Assembly: GCA_964516485.1 (NCBI GenBank)
Contig: CAZEYY010000001.1
Location: 12,653 to 76,652 of the forward strand
Reading direction: 5' to 3'
Length of the DNA stretch: 64,000 bases
Source of the DNA: an uncultured Rikenellaceae bacterium
GTDB taxonomy: Bacteria; Bacteroidota; Bacteroidia; Bacteroidales; VadinHA17
The notes beneath the pieces were generated by a model. That model worked only from the letters and a program-made list of their open reading frames with translations, was not told where the DNA came from and made no database searches. The translations under genes and the position numbers were made by a program. Position 1 is the stretch's first letter. Each line of letters starts with the position of its first letter. This document shows, in pieces, positions 57,011 through 64,000 of the stretch.

Positions 57011-58044
57011 TTTCCTGCTATTTTATCGTCTTCACTTATTTTCTGAAAACCTTCTCTTACAATTCTGTCACCTGCTGTGAGGCCGGAAATAATTTCAACA
57101 CCATTTCCCCTGACAGCACCTGTTGTAACATAGGTACGCTTTGCAGTTCCTTCCTTTTCTGTCCAGACAAACTTCCTGTTGTCAGCAGTTGTCTGAACAA
57201 TGCTTATAGGAACAATTATGCCCTTTGATATTTTCGACATGCCCAGCTCAACATTGCATACCATGCCGGGAAGAAGTTCTTTACCCGGATTGCTGAGAAT
57301 AACATGTGCAGGATATGTGTGGGATATGGGATTTGCAACTACATTCTTTTCAATCTTTTTGCCAGTGAATTTTTTATTTCCCAGTGCTGATACCGTAATT
57401 TCTGCATTGCAACCCGAAGTGATTTCTGAAATTTCATTTTCAGGCACAGAAAACTTTGCCTTAACAGTACTGATGTCCAGAATTGTAAGAACAGTTTTTC
57501 CTGGAATAACATATTCACCAGCCTCTGCCATTTTCTGGCCGACAACTCCTTCAGAAGGAGCATACAGGTCACAGTTTTTCAGATTCCGTTCTGCCAGCTC
57601 AAACGATGAATTGGCCTGATGAAGCTTGGTTTCAATATCAATCATCTGAATTTCAGGCAGGCTGCCTTTGTCGTATATCGATTTCAGCCTGTCATAAGCA
57701 TCCTGTGCCTGTTTACGTGTGGCTTCGGCTGCTTCGAACATGCTTTTTGCAGAAGCCTTGTCGAGTGTGGCAAGAAGCTGATTCCTGCGGATGAACTCAC
57801 CTTCTGAAACATATATTCTTTCAATTGTGCCAAGAACAGGAAATCCAAGGGCTACGGAAGATTTTTCTTCAATTATCCCAACATATTCCACCTTGCTTAC
57901 TTCATCCGATTCCTGAATTGTATCTATTTCAACTTTTATTACCGTTTCATTGCCGGATGGCTGATTTTTACCGGTGCAGCTGTTCAATAAGGCAACAGAA
58001 ATGCCTGTTATTACTGCAACTGATCTCAAAGAGATTTTTTTCAT
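57007..58044 (-). CDS. RND efflux periplasmic adaptor subunit
   Basis: Lipobox LLNSC, a hairpin/coiled-coil region, and YAPSEGVVGQ. A 4-nt ATGA overlap with the pump gene. Confidence 0.9.
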   Translation of the reverse strand: MKKISLRSVAVITGISVALLNSCTGKNQPSGNETVIKVEIDTIQESDEVSKVEYVGIIEEKSSVALGFPVLGTIERIYVSEGEFIRRNQLLATLDKASAKSMFEAAEATRKQAQDAYDRLKSIYDKGSLPEIQMIDIETKLHQANSSFELAERNLKNCDLYAPSEGVVGQKMAEAGEYVIPGKTVLTILDISTVKAKFSVPENEISEITSGCNAEITVSALGNKKFTGKKIEKNVVANPISHTYPAHVILSNPGKELLPGMVCNVELGMSKISKGIIVPISIVQTTADNRKFVWTEKEGTAKRTYVTTGAVRGNGVEIISGLTAGDRIVREGFQKISEDDKIAGK

Positions 58045-58204
58045 TGTTTTATAATTTGTTTTTGCTCTGCAAAAATGGGATACAGACAGTAAATAGTATA
58101 GTTCTACTTAACGGAATAATTATTCAATTAGTCGAAAAAAGCAATCTGATAGATAATATTATTCTAAAATATTTTAATATTTGTCGTAAATTTGTAAGAT
58201 TGCA

Positions 58205-59131
58205 ATGGATGATAAGGGTTTCATAAGCTTTTCTCTTGATACTCTGAGTAAGATGGATCTGTTGTCTGAAGAAGAATACCAGGACTATCTTGGATGTTTC
58301 CTTGCACAGATTGATTCGGATTCCGACAGAAAACTTGAAAAGTTCAGATATCCCTGCCGGATAGATGCATACATTGCCATGCTTTGTGTGAGAGGCAGTG
58401 TTGAGCTGGTGTCAAATCTTAAGCAGTATAAAGTTGAGGAAAACTGTCTCTATGTCAGTATGCCCAAGGATATTATCAATCTGAGCGGCTGGAGTGAATG
58501 CAAATTATACCTGATGGCTTTTGATGACGATTTTATCAGGAAATTCAATCTGAACTATAATAATGTGCTTTCAGTTTTCCTGGGAATTCAGAAGAATCCT
58601 TGTGTCAGACTTACACAACATGAGGCAATATCGCTGCAGGAAGCATTTTTTTCCCTGAAAACTGAAATGGAGGAATTTAAGGGGAAGGACTATTGCAATG
58701 AAATAGTGATGAGCTACATAAATCTGATTACATACAAAGCCTGTTCCTATCTGAGCGCTTACCTGCAGACTCAGAGCGGAGAGTCGGAAAATGTTAATAA
58801 GCGTAACGAGGAATATTATAACAAATTCATGTCTCTTCTCAGGCAGAATTTCAAATCTGAAAGGAGTCTTGAATTTTATGCGGCAAAGCTTTATATAACA
58901 CCTAAATACATGACTTCCCTGATTAAAAGGACCAGTGGAAAATCTGTCATGGAATGGATAAATGAGTGTGTTATAATGGAAGCGAAAAACCTGCTGAAAT
59001 ATTCCGATATGAGCATCCAGGAAATATCTGATTATCTGAATTTTTCAAACCAGTCTTTCTTCTCACAATATTTTAAAAGGATTGCAGGGATCACACCTTC
59101 TGATTACAGAACCAAACCTAACCTTGAGTAA
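58205..59131 (+). CDS. AraC-family transcriptional regulator
   Basis: C-terminal double HTH (LEFYAAKLYITPKYMTSLIKRTSGKSVMEWINE...IQEISDYLNFSNQSFFSQYFKRIAGITPSDYR). Divergent from the RND operon with a 160-bp shared intergenic region. Confidence 0.9.
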   Translation: MDDKGFISFSLDTLSKMDLLSEEEYQDYLGCFLAQIDSDSDRKLEKFRYPCRIDAYIAMLCVRGSVELVSNLKQYKVEENCLYVSMPKDIINLSGWSECKLYLMAFDDDFIRKFNLNYNNVLSVFLGIQKNPCVRLTQHEAISLQEAFFSLKTEMEEFKGKDYCNEIVMSYINLITYKACSYLSAYLQTQSGESENVNKRNEEYYNKFMSLLRQNFKSERSLEFYAAKLYITPKYMTSLIKRTSGKSVMEWINECVIMEAKNLLKYSDMSIQEISDYLNFSNQSFFSQYFKRIAGITPSDYRTKPNLE

Positions 59132-59137
59132 GTATTG

Positions 59138-60916
59138 TTATTTAATTAACAGTCTTCTGCAAGCTTCAGTATAATATATCATTGGATACATTTTTTCATC
59201 ATACCACAGCATGGCAAAGTAAAGCCCTATTGGTGAAGCTTTCATTCCGGAATTTCTGTCGAGCCATTGAAGTCCCTTCAGGCAGGCAGCTTCATCTATA
59301 GCTGCCAGGGCACTTATTGCAAGTGATGTTTCTTCAATTGTTCCCTCAACATCTTTTTCACCTCCCCAGCTGCCATCAGTATTCTGATTACTGATAAGGT
59401 ATGCATGTGCCTTTTCAAGCATTACGGACAGATTGTTTTTCAATTTTTTATCCGGAAGATTCAGATTAAGGCAATCGCTTAGGTAAATGCTCACTTTTGC
59501 TGTGCCGTAAACAGGATTGCTTTTTGTTTCAGTAAGCTGATTTCCAAACCATAATGGCAGCCACGAACCGTTTTTCATCTGCTGTCTTTCCAGATAGGCG
59601 ACAGCCTTATTTATACTGACTGTCAGTCTTTTCCTGAGAGCTGCCGGCATACTATCAATTTCACAGAGGGATTTTAGCATAGCAAGCAGTGCGTGGCCTG
59701 TAAGGTCAGCACAGCTTTTGTCAAAGGGAAGCCGGCCCCAGCCTTTGCAGAATGTAGGAAAGCCTCCATCTTTATTCTGCAATTCAGTAAGCCATTCACA
59801 GCCACGCAGTACCGCTTTAATCTCATCATCAGAACCTGTAAACATTTCAAGCAGGGCAAGTATGGCGCCCGGTGTGTCATCAGCGTCAGGTACTGAGCCT
59901 GAGTGACTTGTCCAGCCCCAGCCTCCCGGCTTTGCACCATTGAAGGGGTGCACTGACTTATACTGAAGTGCGAGTATGTGCTTTCTCAGCCTGCCTGACT
60001 GTTCTTCATTCAGGTTTTTCCTGAGATCTTTGCCCAGAGCCTTTATTGTGAGTGTGGTAACCCATGTTGAAAGATCGGTATCAATAGGCCATCCTCCTTC
60101 TTTGCGTTGCTGAAGCCTCAGGAATTCAAGGCCTTTTGTTACAGTTTTGTTGTCAGGTCTGTTGCTTGCAATGAGGCACAGGGCAACAAAGCCGGTAAGT
60201 GGTATTGCTTCAAGGAAACCACCGCTTTCAGGCAGCAGTTTGTTTAACCTGTCAATGGCAGGCTTAATAAATAGACTCCTGAGAAAGCTGACAGGATTTT
60301 TACTGTTTTGCTGTTTAAGAAGAAAGATGCCAACGCCAATTAGTGCAGGCAAGGCATAGCTGACAACCCTCAGGTTGAAGAACCTGTACAATGACTGTGG
60401 AAGCAGTGTAAGCTCAAAAGGGAGTCCCGGAATGTGCCTTGCTGATTCCCGCGGAATCACATTGCAAACGGTGAGCATTGCAAGTATAGGTACTGAGAAT
60501 GTGTAGTCTTTACCGTAAAACCGAAGAATTGACTTCGTAATTGATTCAAGATCAAGTAATATACCGTTAAAAGCCAGCCATTCTTTCATCCTTTTGATGC
60601 TTCCAGCTCCGTTCCCGTTTGTCTGACAATAATTTATTGCTGCATAGCTGAGCAGTGTTGTACTGACGTTACTTATTGATTCCGGCGTATCACCAAAACC
60701 ACCGTCATCATTAATATTCCTGAGAAGCCATTCCAGTCCGTTATTGATTATTTTCCAATCATCAGGATTCCCGTTTATTTTAAGTGCCGTAATAGCAACT
60801 GCAGTCGATAAGGCGCTTGATGACAATTCACCTGTCCAGAATCCTTCTGAATTCATCTCATTCTTCAGGCGGATGCAGAGTCCGGAATAGATATCAGCTA
60901 TGTTTGTATTATTCAT
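59138..60916 (-). CDS. Squalene-hopene-cyclase-family class II terpene cyclase (DxDD-type)
   Basis: Collinear with SHC. EGFWTGELSS matches EGYWWGPLLS, KPGGWGWTSHSGSVPDADDTPGAILAL matches KPGGFAFQFDNVYYPDVDDTAVVVWAL, and NPVYGTAKV matches YLYGTGAVV. QW-type repeats QQRKEGGW, QQMKNGSW and QNTDGSW are present. The DADD acid motif is at nt 59876-59887. Confidence 0.85.
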   Translation of the reverse strand: MNNTNIADIYSGLCIRLKNEMNSEGFWTGELSSSALSTAVAITALKINGNPDDWKIINNGLEWLLRNINDDGGFGDTPESISNVSTTLLSYAAINYCQTNGNGAGSIKRMKEWLAFNGILLDLESITKSILRFYGKDYTFSVPILAMLTVCNVIPRESARHIPGLPFELTLLPQSLYRFFNLRVVSYALPALIGVGIFLLKQQNSKNPVSFLRSLFIKPAIDRLNKLLPESGGFLEAIPLTGFVALCLIASNRPDNKTVTKGLEFLRLQQRKEGGWPIDTDLSTWVTTLTIKALGKDLRKNLNEEQSGRLRKHILALQYKSVHPFNGAKPGGWGWTSHSGSVPDADDTPGAILALLEMFTGSDDEIKAVLRGCEWLTELQNKDGGFPTFCKGWGRLPFDKSCADLTGHALLAMLKSLCEIDSMPAALRKRLTVSINKAVAYLERQQMKNGSWLPLWFGNQLTETKSNPVYGTAKVSIYLSDCLNLNLPDKKLKNNLSVMLEKAHAYLISNQNTDGSWGGEKDVEGTIEETSLAISALAAIDEAACLKGLQWLDRNSGMKASPIGLYFAMLWYDEKMYPMIYYTEACRRLLIK

Positions 60917-60918
60917 TG

Positions 60919-61797
60919 TCAGTCAGCCAGTGAACCAAGTGCAAGTAAACCGTAAAAAGTATATTCAAGGTCAGTCTCTTCATCGAGTTTATTACCGCAA
61001 AAGCCTCCTTCCTTAAAGAGTGAATCTATAGAATCAAGGCATTCAGGTTTGATTATTGTCAGATCATATTCAGAAAAACGGAGAGCATAGAGAGATGCTG
61101 CAGTTGACAGTAAATCAGTGGTGGCAGTGTTCTTAAGGGCCCTGAATCCTCCTCCTGAGTAGAATTGTACGGTAAGCCTGTCCTGAAGCTCTGCCACAGG
61201 TTTGCTGAAAGAGGAGTGCAGCACAATAAGTGCGGCTAAAACAGTTGAAGGCAATGCTCCGGGATCATTAAGCTTGCTGAGGTGCTTTCTTATTCTCAGT
61301 GCCTGAATGTAATCTCCTGTCCGATAAGAGACAAGAAGATCCAGGAAGGCACCGTATTCAGCCTGCTTTGCTTTATGCTCCATAAATTCCCGGCGTACAT
61401 TCTTTAATAGTTTCCTGATCAGCTTTTTGTCGTCTGTAAGTTCATTGGCAAGGATGGCGGCACATTTCAGATTCACACCTGTTGGCATTGACTTTCCTGT
61501 TTCATTCCTCACAAATTCACCGGTGCCCTGAAGAATGTCATTCATTTCAAGAGCCTGGGCAAGATAAAAGCCGAAAAGTGAGTAATACAGGTCAGCTTTA
61601 CCTGCCCTGTCAGTAAAGCCTCCGGAAGGGTGTTGTCTGTCTGCAACAAATTTTTTAATATCGTTTATTGTACCGGGATCAAGAAGAGCAAGTGATTTTC
61701 TGAGAACAACAGCCGGACTCTGTGTCTCAAATTTCCTCAGGTATGGTCTCAGAAAGAGCTTAGAGATATTTGCTGAATGTCTTTCCAACGATCTCAT
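60919..61797 (-). CDS. Small prenyltransferase-beta / terpene-cyclase-repeat (alpha-alpha toroid) protein
   Basis: 292 aa with PFTB-like repeats (QHPSGGFTDRAGKADLYYSLFGF, FYSGGGFRALKNTATTDLLSTAASLYAL, FKEGGFCGNKLDEETDLEYTFYGL). It lies 2 nt upstream of the cyclase gene, and its start overlaps the preceding gene by 38 nt. Confidence 0.6.
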   Translation of the reverse strand: MRSLERHSANISKLFLRPYLRKFETQSPAVVLRKSLALLDPGTINDIKKFVADRQHPSGGFTDRAGKADLYYSLFGFYLAQALEMNDILQGTGEFVRNETGKSMPTGVNLKCAAILANELTDDKKLIRKLLKNVRREFMEHKAKQAEYGAFLDLLVSYRTGDYIQALRIRKHLSKLNDPGALPSTVLAALIVLHSSFSKPVAELQDRLTVQFYSGGGFRALKNTATTDLLSTAASLYALRFSEYDLTIIKPECLDSIDSLFKEGGFCGNKLDEETDLEYTFYGLLALGSLAD

Positions 61798-63343
61798 GGA
61801 GGGCGAGTTTTAAAGGAAGATTTTTTACTTCCGAAAGACAGGCATTTATATTGCCGAGAAATTCCCTTATCATGTCTTCAGCATCTGATCCAATTCCATA
61901 TTCATCAAGCATAATGCGTAATTCATCATTACTGTTGTTTCTGACAGCATTTACTATTGAATCATGTTTTTCAGGACCTGCCTTTTCAGCAAGCATTGAA
62001 ATGAGTACTGAGGGATTTCTGAGTCCTGCACTGTTTTTATCGCTGAGGTCCTCAAGGTCATCCTTAAGCTGGTAGGCAATCCCGGTCATCAGGCTGAAGC
62101 GGGAAAGGATCTCGGTTGAACCACTATCTGCTCCTCCGGCAATGGCGCCGGTAAGCAGTGAAACTTTAAAAGCCTGTCCTGTTTTATTCTCAAAAATTCT
62201 CAGGACTTCTGTAACTGATGGTATGATGTTGTTCTTCCGGGCCATCAGTTCATATCCCTGTCCTGCCGACATTGCCCTGTGACCTTCTGCAGCTGTTTTT
62301 ATGCAGTCTGACTTTATTCTGCAATCAATTTTACAATCTGAAAGCAGCCTGTATCCTTCACCGATAAGAAGGTCTCCAGTGTTGACAGCAACCGGTATGC
62401 CATGCCTTGCATGCAGTGTCTGTTTTCCATACCTGAACTCGTCGCCATCCTCAATGTCATCGTGTACAAGCGAGGCCTTGTGAAAACATTCTATTGAAAC
62501 GGCTAGTAGTTTAAGCAGCTCCGGGTCATTGTTTTTGCTGTATGTCTGATATGCAAGAGCCGTTAGCAGGGGACGAATACGTTTTCCACCGGCAAGCATA
62601 AGTTCCAGAATAATTGCATCAGCGGGGTTCTGTGAAATATTTAACAGTCGGATGATCTCATTTTCAGCGAATAAGGATTCTATTTTGCCCCTTAGGTCAT
62701 TCAGGTTTACAAGATGTAAATTTTCATTGTTCCTGTAATTACCTAATTCCTCCATTATCCACTTTTTATCAGCTATTGTGTCGGTGCAGCCCGAAGAAAT
62801 AAGTGGTACACCGATAGCAGGTACTGCAAAATTGCTAACTTCCCTGAATATTTTCTGCAGTGTTTCCATGCAGCCAACGCCAATTATGGCATCAACCCTG
62901 CCACTTTCAACAAGCTGTGATGCTATAGTTGTCCCTTCGGCAACAATTGTGATGTATCCCAGTCTTTCGGCTTCCTGTATAAATTCCGGAATGTTGCAGT
63001 TCCCGCACTCCCTGCATAAAAGCCCGAATTCATCCTCGGGAGCTGTGCACTTCCGGCTGTTCTTCAGGCAATGGGGGAGAAGCAGCATTCGTTTGTGATA
63101 TGGTATAGTTTCAACAATGGGTCTCCAGACGGCATTGCCGCAACAAACCATTGTGAAGGCTTTCAGCTCATCATCCCATTTATTTTCAGAAAGCAGTTTG
63201 CCTGCAAGTTCTGAAAGCCTGTTGAATGATACAGGCGGTTCAGTCGGATTTGCACTGAGAAACTCATCAGCGCTTCTCCGGATTTCTTCCCTGAAACTGT
63301 TTTCGGCCGGTACAACAAGCGATATTATCTTTTCTGACATCAT
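61760..63343 (-). CDS. Fusion protein: Cys-rich DUF116-like N-domain + trans-polyprenyl diphosphate synthase
   Basis: The N-terminal roughly 200 aa carries LLLPHCLKNSRKCTAPEDEFGLLCRECGNCNI...GVGCMETL...SSGCTD (DUF116-like). The C-terminal domain has GKRIRP, the first Asp-rich motif LVHDDIED (nt 62447-62461) and the second Asp-rich motif YQLKDDLED (nt 62048-62062). Confidence 0.85.
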   Translation of the reverse strand: MMSEKIISLVVPAENSFREEIRRSADEFLSANPTEPPVSFNRLSELAGKLLSENKWDDELKAFTMVCCGNAVWRPIVETIPYHKRMLLLPHCLKNSRKCTAPEDEFGLLCRECGNCNIPEFIQEAERLGYITIVAEGTTIASQLVESGRVDAIIGVGCMETLQKIFREVSNFAVPAIGVPLISSGCTDTIADKKWIMEELGNYRNNENLHLVNLNDLRGKIESLFAENEIIRLLNISQNPADAIILELMLAGGKRIRPLLTALAYQTYSKNNDPELLKLLAVSIECFHKASLVHDDIEDGDEFRYGKQTLHARHGIPVAVNTGDLLIGEGYRLLSDCKIDCRIKSDCIKTAAEGHRAMSAGQGYELMARKNNIIPSVTEVLRIFENKTGQAFKVSLLTGAIAGGADSGSTEILSRFSLMTGIAYQLKDDLEDLSDKNSAGLRNPSVLISMLAEKAGPEKHDSIVNAVRNNSNDELRIMLDEYGIGSDAEDMIREFLGNINACLSEVKNLPLKLALHEIVGKTFSKYL

Positions 63344-63355
63344 TTCAGTTTAAAA

Positions 63356-64000
63356 TCATCCGTATGAACCCATTCCAAAGAAGGCTGTCTTTTTCGCCAG
63401 CCTGTAAAGAAGACTTTTTTCAGGAATCACGGGAGCAGAACCATGACTGACTATTTTCGGCGCCGATTCAAGGTCATTCAGGTAAGTATCTCGCATTGAT
63501 GAATTCGCAGCCTTGTGCTTTTCCGAAAATGACTTAAGCCATGCGGGATCTTCCATCAGTATACAACCCTGCGTTCTGCCTTTTATCTGCTTCCTGAAGT
63601 CTTTCAGAAAATCTGAGCTTTCATATATGTTCTCAATTTTGCCCTTTTCAATATTCTCCGCAGCAAGCTGAATTACCGGACATGGTTCAATGTCGCCTGA
63701 AGGATTAATATGATGACTCAGCCCGTCGGCAGCAGGGCAAAATGGTTGTCCGTCTGAATGCCAGTATGAATCGATGAGAACCATAGGCAGCCTTGTTCTT
63801 CCTTCAACAAGAAAGCTTCTCAGTCTGGTGATTTCCTCCAGATTAAGAGCCAGTTCATAGCATGGTTTGCTTCCTGAAGGTCTGTAAATGTAATACCATA
63901 TATATATAACACCCAGGTCATGGAGCATCTTTACGAAACTTTCGGAGAGCGCCATGTCGATATTTGATTTGCAGACACTTATTGCCACTCCTGTAATAAG
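63356..64000 (-). CDS. Radical-SAM-like enzyme, C-terminal part with twitch/SPASM-type Cys motif (5' end outside window)
   Basis: The frame is open to the window edge. It shows TIM-barrel-like strands (GVAISVCKSN, GVIYIWYYIYRPSG) and C-x13-G-x4-C (CPAADGLSHHINPSGDIEPC). The CxxxCxxC cluster motif would lie beyond 64000 and is not seen. Confidence 0.5.
   Translation of the reverse strand, partial: LITGVAISVCKSNIDMALSESFVKMLHDLGVIYIWYYIYRPSGSKPCYELALNLEEITRLRSFLVEGRTRLPMVLIDSYWHSDGQPFCPAADGLSHHINPSGDIEPCPVIQLAAENIEKGKIENIYESSDFLKDFRKQIKGRTQGCILMEDPAWLKSFSEKHKAANSSMRDTYLNDLESAPKIVSHGSAPVIPEKSLLYRLAKKTAFFGMGSYG

Noticed and set aside
59674-59940. Small ORFs (60-90 aa) on both strands inside the cyclase gene and inside the synthase gene (for example 61770-62075, 62778-63098 and 63117-63353)
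   Set aside because: All are nested within, or antisense to, long motif-supported genes. None has a signal, motif or independent intergenic location.
1-64000. Search for CRISPR arrays, rRNA/tRNA genes, prophage, and defence, toxin-antitoxin or retron-like systems
   Set aside because: I saw no regularly spaced direct repeats with unique spacers, no cloverleaf-compatible or rRNA-like segments in the intergenic regions, and no nuclease, reverse-transcriptase, helicase or methyltransferase gene combinations. The intergenic regions are short apart from the repeat-containing ones described above.
59138-64000. Interpretation of the terminal operon as a standard hopanoid (hpn) locus, or as a RiPP cluster because of the radical-SAM/SPASM-like gene
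   Set aside because: No hpnC/D/E, sqs, hpnG or hpnH-like C-terminal sequence is visible, and the visible partners (DUF116::IPPS fusion and small toroid protein) are not hpn genes. No short precursor-peptide ORF is evident, and the other three genes are terpenoid-type. Neither alternative can be fully excluded, because the operon continues beyond the window.

Overview
The window looks like a Bacteroidota chromosomal segment. Supporting signs are TonB-dependent receptor/DUF4249 pairs, many lipoprotein and twin-arginine (TAT) signal peptides, glycoside hydrolases, ATGA-coupled operons and no obvious Shine-Dalgarno dependence. About 50 genes are supported. I found no rRNA, tRNA, CRISPR array, prophage or recognisable defence genes.

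Gene content in order:
- A MacAB/TolC-type tripartite ABC efflux operon, followed by a LytS-like kinase and LytTR regulator pair.
- A serine hydrolase and an NmrA/SDR-like reductase.
- A glycan-degradation patch: an unknown 700-aa protein, a GH9-like enzyme and a porin.
- An intact IS4-family insertion sequence with perfect 9-bp target-site duplications.
- An AT-richer outer-membrane block: beta-barrel, DUF4249, TonB-dependent receptor, beta-barrel.
- An unusually long class V aminotransferase, a TAT DUF362 protein and an AsmA-like protein.
- GH16 and GH29 enzymes, and a secreted protein made of two tandem ~135-aa repeats.
- A large imperfect palindrome built from GC-hairpin repeat elements.
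- A CBM9/DUF5916-like protein.
- A run of TAT-exported enzymes: two type-B carboxylesterase paralogs, a xylose-isomerase-like TIM barrel and an RraA/aldolase-like protein.
- An Mla-like ABC system, an Aas-like AMP ligase, and an RND efflux operon with a divergent AraC regulator.

The most interesting region is the right edge (59.1-64.0 kb, minus strand). It holds a tightly packed four-gene terpenoid-type operon that runs off the window. Its genes are a radical-SAM-like protein (partial), a Cys-rich DUF116-like domain fused to a trans-polyprenyl diphosphate synthase, a small prenyltransferase-beta/terpene-cyclase-repeat protein, and a squalene-hopene-cyclase-family class II cyclase with a DADD motif. 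No squalene synthase or hopanoid hpn genes are visible in the window.

All functional calls rest on motifs read by eye from the translations. No database search was run.
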